Positions 25,904-35,696 of a DNA stretch of 64,000 nucleotides are shown here, piece after piece; within the stretch, counting starts at the first letter, position 1, and each line of letters begins with the position of its first letter. The stretch spans positions 5,871 to 69,870 of the forward strand of contig JAEVYS010000108.1 of assembly GCA_023392635.1 (NCBI GenBank), given 5' to 3'. Origin of the DNA: Actinomycetes bacterium (GTDB lineage: Bacteria > Actinomycetota > Actinomycetes > Propionibacteriales > Propionibacteriaceae). The position numbers and the translations under genes are program-made. The notes beneath the pieces are model-generated. The model was not told the DNA's origin. It was given only the letters and a program-made list of their open reading frames with translations, and ran no database searches.

Positions 25904-27199
25904 GTGCCTTCGTCGGACCGATTGACCTATCCGATCCACCAGCGCACTCTCGGCAACGGGCTGAGGGTCGTGGTGAGCCCCGACCACAGCGTCCCGCTGG
26001 CGGCAGTGAACCTGTGGTACGACGTCGGGTCCCGTGACGAACGGCCGGGCGAGTACGGGTGGGCGCACCTGTTCGAGCACCTGATGTTCTCCGGCTCCGA
26101 GCACGTCGCAACAGGTGAGCACCTGAACTCCCTGCAGGCGCTCGGCGGCTCGGTGAACGCGACCACCTGGTTCGACCGCACGAACTACTTCGAGACGCTG
26201 CCGGTGGGCGCCCTCGACCTCGCCCTGTGGATGGAGGCTGACCGGCTGGCCACCCTTCCCGACCACCTCAGCGAGGCCAGCGTGCAGACCCAGCGCGAGG
26301 TCGTGAAGGAGGAGAAGCGGCAGCGCTACGACAACGTGCCCTACGGCGACGCGATGACCAACATCGTCGACCTGCTGTTCGGACCCGACCACCCGTACGG
26401 GCACACCACGATCGGTTCCATGGTCGACATCGACGCCGCCACGGCGGAGCGGGCTGCGACCTTCTTCCGCAACCACTACCGTCCCGACAACGCGGTGCTC
26501 ACGCTGGTGGGCGACATCACCCCCAAGGACGGGTTCAAGCGGGCGGAGAAGGCGTTCGGCCACCTTCCGTCGTGGAACCCGCGCGTCCGGCCGGCCGCCG
26601 TGCCGCTGGCCCCACTGGACGAGGTCGTCACCCGCACGGTGCGCGGACGCGTGCCTGCCGCGGCCGCCTACTTCGCGTGGCGCCTGCCGATGCGTGACAC
26701 CTGGGCCTTCGACGCCTGCGACCTCGCCCTGTCGGTGCTCGGCGGTGGACAGACGTCCCGGCTGCACCAGGAACTGGTGCGCACCCGGCAGGTGGCGACC
26801 GGCGCGGGCGCCTCCGCGATGCCGCTCATCGGTGGCACCTCCTTCGGCGTCGCCCAGGTGCGTGCGCTTCCCGGGCAGGACGGGGCGGAGGCCACCGAGG
26901 CGGCCCTCGCCGAGATCGACCGGCTGGCCAACGAGGGGCCGACCGACGCCGAACTGGCCCGCGCGAAGGCCCAGCACGCCCGCGAGTGGCTCACCGAGCT
27001 CGCCCGGTTCGACTCGCGTGCCGACCTGATCGGGACGTACGCCACGCTCCACGGCGACCCGGAGCGGATCAACCGGCGGCTGGAGGAGGTCGACGGCCTG
27101 ACGACCGAGCGGGTCGCGGAGGCCTGTGGCGCCTTCCTGCACCCGAACCAACGTGCCCAGCTCGACTATCGCCAGGAGGCGTCCGATGCGGCGAAGTGA
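25904..27199 (+). CDS. M16 (pitrilysin) family zinc peptidase, catalytic subunit
   Basis: Inverted zincin motif HLFEH; NATT..DRTNY and EADR motifs. Confidence 0.9.
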   Translation: MPSSDRLTYPIHQRTLGNGLRVVVSPDHSVPLAAVNLWYDVGSRDERPGEYGWAHLFEHLMFSGSEHVATGEHLNSLQALGGSVNATTWFDRTNYFETLPVGALDLALWMEADRLATLPDHLSEASVQTQREVVKEEKRQRYDNVPYGDAMTNIVDLLFGPDHPYGHTTIGSMVDIDAATAERAATFFRNHYRPDNAVLTLVGDITPKDGFKRAEKAFGHLPSWNPRVRPAAVPLAPLDEVVTRTVRGRVPAAAAYFAWRLPMRDTWAFDACDLALSVLGGGQTSRLHQELVRTRQVATGAGASAMPLIGGTSFGVAQVRALPGQDGAEATEAALAEIDRLANEGPTDAELARAKAQHAREWLTELARFDSRADLIGTYATLHGDPERINRRLEEVDGLTTERVAEACGAFLHPNQRAQLDYRQEASDAAK

Positions 27200-28523
27200 C
27201 CTGCGCCCCGAGGTGAAGGCCCCGCCGCGCTGGCGGTTCCCCGATCCGACGCGGCTGTGGCTGGACAACGGGATGCAGCTGATGGCATGCCACCGGGAGG
27301 GCCAGCACGTCGCTGCCGTGTCCCTGGTGTTCGACGTCCCGCTGAACGCCGAACCCGTGGACATCGAGGGCGTCGCCACCATCACCCAGCGCTGCCTCGA
27401 CGAGGGCACCCGCTCGCACCCGGGACCGGCGTTCGCCGAGGCCCTGGAGGACATCGGCGCGGTGTTGAGCGGCTCCGCCGGGTACTCCGGCAGCGAACTG
27501 ACCCTCGAGGTGCCCGCCGACCGGCTCGACGAGGCCCTGGCCCTGCTCGCGGAGGCGGTCCGCGAGCCGGAACTGCGTCCTGACGACGTGGCACGCCACC
27601 GCACGCTGCGGCTGGCGGAGATCGAGCAACTCATGGCCAACTCCGCGCACCGGGCGTCGGTCGCTTTCCGTGCGGCGTCCATCCCCGGGCGCTACCGGGC
27701 CGCGCGCATGGTCGCCGGCACCGCCCCCACCGTCGCGGCGATCACCCACGCCGACGTGGTCTCGTTCCACCAGCGCCACTACCGTCCCGACGGCGCCACC
27801 CTGATCATCTCCGGCGACCTCTCCGGCCGCGAGTTCGGCCGGGCGGCCGCCGTCTTCGGCGACTGGACCAACCCGCCGGAGGGCTACTTCACCCACGAGG
27901 TGCCGCAGCCGGGGGCCCCCCGGTGCTGGCTCGTCGACCGCCCGGGGGCGGTGCAGGCCGACATCCGGCTGGGCGCGTTCGGCATCGACCGGGGCGACCC
28001 CCGCTGGGCGGATCTCCAGGTGGCCACGCATGCGCTCGGTGGCGCCTTCCTGAGCCGGCTCAACCGGGTGCTGCGGGAGGAGAAGGGCTTCACCTACGGC
28101 GCGCACCTGGTCAACACTCCCATGCGCGACGGGGGCCTGATCTCGATGCAGGGCTCGTTCCGCACCGAGGTGGTGGCGGAGGCCGCGACCCTCGCGCGCG
28201 GCATCCTCGACCTCACGGGCAAGCCGATCACCAGTGCCGAGGTCATCGACGCGGTCAACTACACCAATGGGGTGGCGCCGCTGCGCTACTCCACCGCGCA
28301 GGGCGTGACCGACCGCATCGCGGCCCTCGTGCGCGACGGGGTGAACGTCGAGTTCGTGAACGCGAACTTCCAGGCACTCACCCTGGTGACGCCGGAGTCC
28401 GCCACCCAGTCGATCCTCGAGCTGCTGCCGATGGACGGCCTCAGCCTGGTCGTGGTCGGCGACGCTGAGGCCCTCGAAGGTCCTCTCCAGGCCGAGGGCT
28501 GGCCCGTCGTCCTCCCCGACTGA
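27186..28523 (+). CDS. M16 family peptidase, non-catalytic partner subunit
   Basis: No HxxEH motif; has SRLNRVLREEKGFTYG; overlaps the catalytic subunit gene. Confidence 0.87.
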   Translation: MRRSDLRPEVKAPPRWRFPDPTRLWLDNGMQLMACHREGQHVAAVSLVFDVPLNAEPVDIEGVATITQRCLDEGTRSHPGPAFAEALEDIGAVLSGSAGYSGSELTLEVPADRLDEALALLAEAVREPELRPDDVARHRTLRLAEIEQLMANSAHRASVAFRAASIPGRYRAARMVAGTAPTVAAITHADVVSFHQRHYRPDGATLIISGDLSGREFGRAAAVFGDWTNPPEGYFTHEVPQPGAPRCWLVDRPGAVQADIRLGAFGIDRGDPRWADLQVATHALGGAFLSRLNRVLREEKGFTYGAHLVNTPMRDGGLISMQGSFRTEVVAEAATLARGILDLTGKPITSAEVIDAVNYTNGVAPLRYSTAQGVTDRIAALVRDGVNVEFVNANFQALTLVTPESATQSILELLPMDGLSLVVVGDAEALEGPLQAEGWPVVLPD

Positions 28524-28573
28524 CGCCGGCTACGGCGTCCCGCACACCGACTGTCGGGTGCCGGCCGGACGGC

Positions 28574-31417
28574 CTACTTGACACCCATCTTGGCGAGGGC
28601 GTCGGTGAGGGCGGCCTTGGCGATCTCCACCTGCTTCTGGTACTCGGCGAGGTTGCCATTGCGGAGGGCCGCGTCCGCCGCGGTGAAGGCTGTCTGCGCC
28701 TTCTGCATGGCGACCACGGCCGCCTTCTGGTCGGCGGTGGTGGTGTTGTCTCCCGGCGGCGGCGTCGTGGGCGTGTTGCCGGGGTCCTCGCCGGTGTTGG
28801 CGCCCGCGTCGCCGGCGAACACCTGGTCGAGGGCCTCCTGCAGCGTGGCCGCGATGCCGACGTGGTCGCCGAACCGGACGGCGACGAACTGCAGCGTCGG
28901 GTACGAGCCGCTGCCGCCCTCACGCATGGTGTAGATCGGCATCACGTAGAGCAGTCCTGAGCCCATCGGCAGCGTGAGCAGGTTGCCGTAGGTGGCCTTC
29001 GCCGAGCCCTGGTTCAGGTAGGGCCGGACGAGGTCGGCGAACTTCTGGTCGCTGGTCATGGCGTTCGCCGTCTGGCTCGGCCCGGCGATCTGCTGGGTGT
29101 CGGACATGCGCAGCACCCGCAGCCGCCCGTAGTCGGGGCTGGTCGCCTCAGCCACCACCGAGACGTAGGACGCGAGGTTCTGCCGGTTGTAGGGCACGAA
29201 CACCGCCGTCTCGCTGAACACCGGCGAGTCGTCCCCCGGCCACTTGATGGACAGGTAGTACGGGGGCTCGGCGGCGGCCGTCCGGCTGGTGTCGGTCTGC
29301 CCCGGCAGGGCTGCCGCCGGATCACCCGGGACCTGCCACAGGTCCGACTGCTGGTACCACGCCTGGGGGTCCGTCATGTGGTAGCGGCCCAGGACCTGGC
29401 GCTGCACCTTGAACAGGTCGGACGGGTAGCGCAGGTGGGCCATCAGGTCGGGGCTGATCGCCGACTTCGGCTTGAGGATGCCGGGGAACGCCTTGGCGTA
29501 GGCCTGCAGGATCGGGTCGTCGGGTTCCCACGCGTACAGGTCCACCGTGCCGTTGGTGGCGTCCACCACAGCCTTCACCGAGTTGCGGATGTAGTTCAAG
29601 GACACGTCCGAGTCCGGCCCGGGGACGGTCTGGGCGTCGGTGATGGCCGAGCGCAGCGACACCACCGAGCTGTCGGGGTAGTTGCGGCTGGTGGTGTACC
29701 CGTCCACGATCCACACCAGCCGGTGGTCGACGACCGCCGGGTACACGTTCGAGTCGAGCGTCAGCCACGGCGCGACCTGGGAGACCCGCGCCTTCGGGGT
29801 GCGGTCGTAGAGGATCTTGGACGCGGAGTTCACCCGGTCGGAGAGCAGGATGTTGAGGTCCATGAAGTGGGCCGCGTAGAGCACCCTCGTGAACAGGTCC
29901 CCCATCGGGACGCCGCTGGTGCCCGCGTAGGTGTTGGTTGCGCCGTCGGGGGTGTCGAACTCGATCGGGGCCTCACCCTCCTCGCGTCCGACGATCGCGA
30001 ACGCGGAGCTGTTCTCGCCGTAGTAGATGCGGCCCTCGTAGTCGGGCAGCGCACCCTCCGGCGGGAGGTTCTTCTCGATCCACACCGGGTCACCGGACGA
30101 ACTGCGCTGGTTGCCGTACGCCGCCACGAGCCCGTAGCCATGGGTGTAGACCGTGTGGACGTTGTTCCAGTTCTGGTCGGGAAGCTTGCTGTAGTTGATC
30201 TCGCGGGCCGCCACCACCGCGTCGGTCTCTTTGCCGTCGATCACGTAGCGGTCGACATCGAGGTTCTCCGGGAACGTGTACCAGCCGCGCAGCTGCTGCT
30301 GGTTCTCGAAGGTGGGGGCCACCACCGCGGGGTCGATCAGCCGGATGCCGGGAAGCGTCTCCGCGTCCTGCTTGAGCTGGCCGGGACGCACCTGCGTGAC
30401 CGCGGCGTACGGCTCGACCTCTGCCTGGTCGATTCCGAACGCCTTCCTGGTCGCGGCGATGTGGTTCGCGATGTAGGGGCTCTCCAGCACCGGTTCGTTC
30501 GGCTTCACCTGGAAGCTCTGCACCACCAGCGGGTAGGCCAGGCCGAGGATCATCCCCGACACCACCATGAGGACCAGTGAGGTGGCGGCCAGCGTCCAGC
30601 GCTTGAGGAAGCCGTTCGCGAAGAAGACCGCCGCGCACAGGAACGAGATGACCGCCATCACGATCTTGGCGGTCAGGCGGGAGTGGTCGTCGGTGTACTG
30701 CATGCCGGTCAGCAGCGTCCCCTGTTGCAGCATGAGCCCGTACCGGTCGAGGAGGTTCTGCAGCCCGTAGCCGACCAGCAGCAGCCCGGCCAGGATCGAG
30801 AGGTGTACCCGCGCCCCGCTGCCGCGCACCGCCCGCGCCCGCCCGGACGCGATGCCACCGACGGCGAAGTGCACCGCAGCGGCGGCCACCAGGCCGAAGA
30901 ACACCGCACCCATCGCGAACGAGAGCAGGTCCTGCCACACCGGGAACTCGAACACGTAGAACGACGCGTCGAGTCCGAAATAGGGGTCCGGCGCCTGGAA
31001 CGGCACCCGGTTCCACCACGCCAGGTACTCCAGCGACTGGCTCACGGCGGACGCCCCGGCGATCAGGCCCAGGAACGCGGACGGCACGAGGATGGCGACC
31101 CAGATGTTGGCCTCGAGCAGGTCGCGATAGCGGTCGAGGATGGCGCTCTGCCCGGTGCGACGCGACGCCGGACGCAGCCGGAAGGCGACCCACATGTTGG
31201 CGCCCACCACCAGCGCCATCACCAGGAAGAAGGCGACGAAGAGCACCACCTGCGCGACCAGCTGGGTACTGAACACCTGCGGGAAGGCCACCGAGTCGAA
31301 CCACAGCTTCGTGGTCCACAGCTCGGAGAAGATCACGAAGGCCGCGACCAGGCCGGCGAGGACCAGGATCGTCGGTACCAGCGGCCCGCGACGCGACACC
31401 CGGGATGACACGTTCAA
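28574..31417 (-). CDS. UPF0182 family membrane protein (Rv3193c-like)
   Basis: LWFDSV, DPYFGLD.SFY.F, HTVYTHGYG, NYIRNSVKA and HLRYP motifs. Confidence 0.93.
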   Translation of the reverse strand: MNVSSRVSRRGPLVPTILVLAGLVAAFVIFSELWTTKLWFDSVAFPQVFSTQLVAQVVLFVAFFLVMALVVGANMWVAFRLRPASRRTGQSAILDRYRDLLEANIWVAILVPSAFLGLIAGASAVSQSLEYLAWWNRVPFQAPDPYFGLDASFYVFEFPVWQDLLSFAMGAVFFGLVAAAAVHFAVGGIASGRARAVRGSGARVHLSILAGLLLVGYGLQNLLDRYGLMLQQGTLLTGMQYTDDHSRLTAKIVMAVISFLCAAVFFANGFLKRWTLAATSLVLMVVSGMILGLAYPLVVQSFQVKPNEPVLESPYIANHIAATRKAFGIDQAEVEPYAAVTQVRPGQLKQDAETLPGIRLIDPAVVAPTFENQQQLRGWYTFPENLDVDRYVIDGKETDAVVAAREINYSKLPDQNWNNVHTVYTHGYGLVAAYGNQRSSSGDPVWIEKNLPPEGALPDYEGRIYYGENSSAFAIVGREEGEAPIEFDTPDGATNTYAGTSGVPMGDLFTRVLYAAHFMDLNILLSDRVNSASKILYDRTPKARVSQVAPWLTLDSNVYPAVVDHRLVWIVDGYTTSRNYPDSSVVSLRSAITDAQTVPGPDSDVSLNYIRNSVKAVVDATNGTVDLYAWEPDDPILQAYAKAFPGILKPKSAISPDLMAHLRYPSDLFKVQRQVLGRYHMTDPQAWYQQSDLWQVPGDPAAALPGQTDTSRTAAAEPPYYLSIKWPGDDSPVFSETAVFVPYNRQNLASYVSVVAEATSPDYGRLRVLRMSDTQQIAGPSQTANAMTSDQKFADLVRPYLNQGSAKATYGNLLTLPMGSGLLYVMPIYTMREGGSGSYPTLQFVAVRFGDHVGIAATLQEALDQVFAGDAGANTGEDPGNTPTTPPPGDNTTTADQKAAVVAMQKAQTAFTAADAALRNGNLAEYQKQVEIAKAALTDALAKMGVK

Positions 31418-31481
31418 CTCAACTCCTCATCGACCCGGCTCCGCAGGAACAGGGACGGTCCCCTGCCCTGCGTCTTCCGGG

Positions 31482-31988
31482 TCACTCCAATGTATGCGCC
31501 AGCGCAGCAGCCAGGGCCGGCACGAGGTCGGCGCCACCCAGCAGTTCCCCGTCCTCGCCACGGACGCGCGCCACACCGTGGCTGCCCCCGTCGCGGGTCA
31601 CGCCGACCACGACACGCAGGTCGAGCCGGCGGGGATGGGCGGCGACAGCGCGCGCGGCCAGTTCCGGATCCTCGGGCAGGTCGGCCTCGGCGTCCGGGGG
31701 CAGGAACGCGCGCTCGAGCGCAAGGACGCAGCCCGCAACGCTGGGGGGCCACGCGATCCGCGCGAGCGTCTCGGCCAGCTCGGTGCCGGGACGGAAGTCC
31801 TCCTGCTCGATGGAGCTGAAGCCGTCCGGCGAGCTGCCCGACAGGTGCTCGGCGAGGCCCGGTTCGGCCGCGATGAGGTCAGCGGTCGGCACGAGGGCGA
31901 ACAGTCGTGCGGGCTGGTCCCAGCCGAGACGGCCCACGTGTCGCTCCACCTCGACGAGCGCAGCGACGAGCGCGTCGTTCACCGGCAT
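31482..31988 (-). CDS. PPA1309 family protein
   Basis: GWDQPARLFALVPT and LARIAWP..VAGC motifs; conserved position between the PDZ and UPF0182 genes. Confidence 0.85.
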   Translation of the reverse strand: MPVNDALVAALVEVERHVGRLGWDQPARLFALVPTADLIAAEPGLAEHLSGSSPDGFSSIEQEDFRPGTELAETLARIAWPPSVAGCVLALERAFLPPDAEADLPEDPELAARAVAAHPRRLDLRVVVGVTRDGGSHGVARVRGEDGELLGGADLVPALAAALAHTLE

Positions 31989-33028
31989 GCGGGCACCGTG
32001 TTCGCGGCGCCCGGCTTGTCCAGTGCCCCGAGTGCTTCGATCGCGCCGCTGATCGTCTCCACCGGCACCAGTCGGGGGCCGGCCGGCGCCTGGCCCACGT
32101 CCTCACAGTTCTCCTTGGGCAGCAGGAACACGCTGGCGCCGTCCCGCGCAGCCGCCGCGATCTTCTCCTGCACCCCGCCGATCGGGCCGACCGTGCCGTT
32201 CGCGTCGATGGTGCCGGTGCCGGCGATCACCCGACCGGTGGTGAGGTCGAGGCCGCTCAGCTTGTCGGCGATGGCGAGGGCGAACATCAGGCCGGCGCTC
32301 GAACCGCCCACGCCCGGCTCGAGGGCGAAGCTGACCTTCGGCTTGTAGGTGTAACCGGTCGTCAACGTGATGCCGACGATCGGCTTCTGCGGATCGGCGG
32401 CGGTCGCCCGTGTGGTGACGTAGGGATTGGGCCTGACCAGTGCCCCGTCACGCAGGATCGTGAACCCCACCGCGTCCCCGACGTGGTGCCTCGCCACCTG
32501 GTCCTGGACCTCCTGCACCGTCGTCGTGGTCTGGTTGTCCACCGCCTGGATCAGGTCGCCGGGCTTGAGGATGTCGTTGGCCGGACCGGACGTGGTGACC
32601 GAGGAGACCATCGGCCACGCCGTCACCGCGATGCCGGCCTGGCGAAGCCCCGCGACGATGGCGTCGGACTGGGAGGCTGTCATCAGCTGGGTCTCGTCGG
32701 CGTTGATCTCGCTGGCGTCCTCGCCGACCTTGTAGATCGCCGAGCGCGGCAGCACCTCGCGGGAGGGGAGCCAGTAGGAGAACAGCAGCTCCGGCAGGCT
32801 CAGTGTGGCATCCGGGGACGTGACCGACACCGTGGTCATGAGCAGCTTGCCTGTCGTCGGGTAGGTCTTTGCCCCGGTGATCCGGATCGCCTCGGCCCCG
32901 GGGTCGATCAGGTTGTGGGTGCTGCCCGGTGACCAGGTGACGTAGGGCACGGGAACCAGGGCGATCACGGCGGCCAGGACCACGAACAGCACGGCCGACA
33001 CCGTTGCGGTCCAGGTCTGCCTGGTCAC
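31979..33028 (-). CDS. PDZ + Lon-like (S16) protease, YlbL family
   Basis: N-terminal TM helix, PDZ domain, GGSSAGLMF (Ser) and IGGVQEK (Lys). Confidence 0.88.
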   Translation of the reverse strand: MTRQTWTATVSAVLFVVLAAVIALVPVPYVTWSPGSTHNLIDPGAEAIRITGAKTYPTTGKLLMTTVSVTSPDATLSLPELLFSYWLPSREVLPRSAIYKVGEDASEINADETQLMTASQSDAIVAGLRQAGIAVTAWPMVSSVTTSGPANDILKPGDLIQAVDNQTTTTVQEVQDQVARHHVGDAVGFTILRDGALVRPNPYVTTRATAADPQKPIVGITLTTGYTYKPKVSFALEPGVGGSSAGLMFALAIADKLSGLDLTTGRVIAGTGTIDANGTVGPIGGVQEKIAAAARDGASVFLLPKENCEDVGQAPAGPRLVPVETISGAIEALGALDKPGAANTVPACR

Positions 33029-33152
33029 GTCCACCCACTTCCCGCTGGTCGGTCCGACACGACACCAGCCTCCCCGACACTACCGGAGCGAACCCCTCCC
33101 CGGCTTGGCGGGTGCGGGACAATGGAAGCCACGCCACGTGAGGAGTTGCCCG

Positions 33153-34496
33153 ATGACCGACCCCGCCAACCCGGACCGTCCCGACCCGGACGGTGACGAG
33201 GAGGCACTGTTGCGGTTCCTGGCCCAGTTCGGCATCACGCCCGGGCCCGACGGACGCCTGGACCTGGAAGCGCTGATGGGCCGGATGCAGGGCCTGATGG
33301 GCGCCTTCACCACCGAGATGGCCAGCTTCGGGAAGTCGGACGCCGAGTCCGGGATGAACTGGGGCTTCACCCGCAACGTGGTGCGTCGGATCACCGCATC
33401 GGCGGGCCCCGACCCGGCGCCCAGCGCGGCGGAGCAGGCCCGGATCCGGGACGCGGTGGCTCTGGCGGACCTGTGGCTGGACGAGGAGATCGCGTTCCCC
33501 CGGCTCAGCGTCACGGCATCCGCCTGGACCCGCTCCGAATGGGTCGACCTCACGTTCCCCACCTGGCAGCAGCTCGTGCGACCGGTGGTGAGCCGCCTCT
33601 ACGCTGCGCTGCGCGGTCTCGTCCAGCAGCAGGGCCAGGCCCCGGCGGCGGAGCCGATGCTGCGGATGGCTCTCAGTGGCATGTTCGCCGCACAGGTCGG
33701 CCAGTCCCTGGCCAGCCTCGCACAGTCCTCGGTCAGTGCGGGCGACACCGGCCTGCCCCTCACCGAGCATCCCCGGGTGGCCCTGCTGCCCACCAACATG
33801 GCCGCCTTCACCGAGGGACTGGAGACCGACCCGGCGGACGTCCTGCTGTTCCTGGCCGTGCGTGAGGCCGCCCGGCAGCGACTGTTCGCGTCGGTGGGCT
33901 GGCTGGCCCCGCAACTGCTCGCCCTGGTCGAGCACTACGCCCGCGACATCGAGATCGACGGGGACGCGCTCGAGCAGGCCATCGAGAGCCAGCTCTCTTC
34001 CGCCATGACCACGGGGGAACTCGAGGACGCCGGTGCCGCCCTCGCCGGCTCCCTGTTCACGCCGCAGGTGACGCCCGAACAGCGCGAGGTGCTGGAGCGG
34101 CTGGAGACCCTGCTCGCGCTCATCGAGGGGTGGGTGGACGAGGTCGTCGCGCAGGTCGCCGGTGCCCGCATGCCGGTGGCCGCGGCGCTCACGGAGACGC
34201 TCCGCCGTCGTCGCGCCAGTGGGGGGCCCGCGGAGTCGGCACTGAAGGCTCTCGTCGGGCTCGAGTTGCGTCCCCGGCGCACCAGGGACGCGGCCAACCT
34301 GTGGGCGGCGACCCGTTCGGCACGCGGCTCCGAGGCCAGGGACGCGGCCTGGGACCATCCAGACCTCCTGCCCACCACCGCCGACCTGGCCGACCCCCTC
34401 GGCTACGCCGCAGAGGGCCATCGCAGCGACGGCCCGGACGACCTCGACGCCGAACTCGCCAGGCTTCTGGAGGAGGAGGGCAGGGGCCAGGGCTGA
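33153..34496 (+). CDS. Zincin-like protein (DUF2342/Rv3195 family)
   Basis: LETLLALIEGWVDEV, RRRRASGGPAE, GLELRPRR.R.A and W.HPDLLP motifs. Confidence 0.87.
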   Translation: MTDPANPDRPDPDGDEEALLRFLAQFGITPGPDGRLDLEALMGRMQGLMGAFTTEMASFGKSDAESGMNWGFTRNVVRRITASAGPDPAPSAAEQARIRDAVALADLWLDEEIAFPRLSVTASAWTRSEWVDLTFPTWQQLVRPVVSRLYAALRGLVQQQGQAPAAEPMLRMALSGMFAAQVGQSLASLAQSSVSAGDTGLPLTEHPRVALLPTNMAAFTEGLETDPADVLLFLAVREAARQRLFASVGWLAPQLLALVEHYARDIEIDGDALEQAIESQLSSAMTTGELEDAGAALAGSLFTPQVTPEQREVLERLETLLALIEGWVDEVVAQVAGARMPVAAALTETLRRRRASGGPAESALKALVGLELRPRRTRDAANLWAATRSARGSEARDAAWDHPDLLPTTADLADPLGYAAEGHRSDGPDDLDAELARLLEEEGRGQG

Positions 34497-34518
34497 GCCT
34501 GGTCGCCGCCCGCCGGGC

Positions 34519-35097
34519 TCAGGCCTCCCAGTCGGGCTCCTCCCCGGGCTCGGCGGACGACTCTCCCGCTGCGCCGGGGTCGACCTCGACCGCGTGCTGG
34601 TAGCCCTGGAGGAACGCCTGGGCCCGATCCCGGTGGGGGTACCCCGCCAGCAGGCCGTGGAACCGTGCGGCGTGCGAGGGCACGAACAGGTGAGCCAGCT
34701 CGTGGAGCACCACGTAGTCGCTCACCCAGGTGGGCATCGTCTGCAGGCGCGACGACAGCCGGATCTCGCCGGTGTCGGTCGAGCACGAGCCCCAGCGGCG
34801 TCTCTGGTTGTCGACCCAGCGGATGCTGAACGCTGGCAGCGGTTGGCCGGTGCGGGCGGCGAGGTACTGCTCGTAGAGGCCGGCTGCACGGCTCGCTAGC
34901 TCGTCGTGGGACAGCGGCAGGGCCCGCTTCGCCTCGCGCCGCAGGAATCGCTCGACCAGCGGCGGGAGCAGGCTGCGCTCCTGCGCGACCGTGAGCCGCG
35001 CGGGGACCAGGGCGACCAGCCGGCCCTGCTCACGAAACACGGTCATGGTGCGGCGGCGACGCGCGCTGCGCCGCACTTCGACGTCCGGATCTGCCAC
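34519..35097 (-). CDS. YgjP/DUF45-like (M48-related) metallopeptidase
   Basis: EVRRSARRRRT, RWGSC and DYVVLHELAHL motifs; TAACGT -10 lies 7 nt before the GTG. Confidence 0.85.
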   Translation of the reverse strand: MADPDVEVRRSARRRRTMTVFREQGRLVALVPARLTVAQERSLLPPLVERFLRREAKRALPLSHDELASRAAGLYEQYLAARTGQPLPAFSIRWVDNQRRRWGSCSTDTGEIRLSSRLQTMPTWVSDYVVLHELAHLFVPSHAARFHGLLAGYPHRDRAQAFLQGYQHAVEVDPGAAGESSAEPGEEPDWEA

Positions 35098-35133
35098 GTG
35101 TGACACGTTACGACACGCCGCAGACGGTTCCAG

Positions 35134-35162
35134 TTGACCGCGGCCCGGGCGGGCACTAGCTT
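35134..35162 (+). promoter_or_regulatory. Near-consensus housekeeping-sigma promoter
   Basis: TTGACC-N17-TAGCTT; predicted TSS at about 35169. Confidence 0.75.
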
Positions 35163-35168
35163 CTTGTC

Positions 35169-35239
35169 GCGAGGCCTCCAGTGGCCGGTTCCGCTCGCAG
35201 GGGAAGGCAAGCGGAAACGCCGGTCCTGGGGGCTCTCGC
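35169..35239 (+). ncRNA. Candidate small structured RNA (71-nt rod), or structured leader of the DUF5679 gene
   Basis: The predicted TSS coincides with the first base of a nearly fully paired rod; 8-nt loop AGGGGAAG; no family recognised. Confidence 0.55.
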
Positions 35240-35345
35240 ACGCCGGACCGAGGTGCTGCCGCGAGGCGGCGACTCGGGCATAGACTGACCGGCAGCCCGC
35301 TGCCGAGCCCCAGCCGGGGCGAAGCCGAATCACAGGAGGAAAGAC

Positions 35346-35507
35346 GTGGCCAAGGACACCTACAGCGGTTCGTTCTACTGCGTGAAGTGCAAGGACCACC
35401 GGGACGCAACCGGCGATGTCGTGGTCAACGAAAAGGGCACCCGTATCGCCAAGGCCAAGTGCCCCGTGTGCGGCACGAACCTGACCCGGTTCCTGCCCAA
35501 GGCCTGA
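35346..35507 (+). CDS. DUF5679 family small zinc-ribbon protein (53 aa)
   Basis: Not in the ORF track. MAKDTYSGSFYCVKCKDHRD...AKAKCPVCGTNLTRFLPKA; AGGAGG RBS; TAGACT -10 at 35281-35286. Confidence 0.85.
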   Translation: MAKDTYSGSFYCVKCKDHRDATGDVVVNEKGTRIAKAKCPVCGTNLTRFLPKA

Positions 35508-35696
35508 ACCGATACTTGTAGAGGGCCGGCCCGGTGGCCGGCGCGCTGCTGTTCCCCCACCGGCCCGGCCTGCGGACCGCCTGCGTCCCTCCGTCCCGAC
35601 CCCCGACCCGGGTACCCGTCCCGCGCGTCATGCCGAGCGTGACCCGGGAGCTTTCGGGACCGGATTGTGGCGGCCGGATCGGCGGGGCCGAGCCGG

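Noticed and set aside
15805..28573. Integrative element or prophage at tRNA-fMet
   Set aside because: No integrase, transposase or phage genes and no repeated tRNA 3' end were found by eye.
33045..33095. Cluster of TGTCG motifs upstream of the PDZ-Lon gene as PafBC sites
   Set aside because: None has a TANNNT hexamer at the required N10 spacing.
35169..35239. Identifying the rod RNA as SRP (4.5S) RNA or 6C RNA
   Set aside because: It lacks the SRP helix-8 GNRA tetraloop with its flanking CAGG/AGCA internal loop, and its loop is G-rich rather than C-rich as in 6C RNA.
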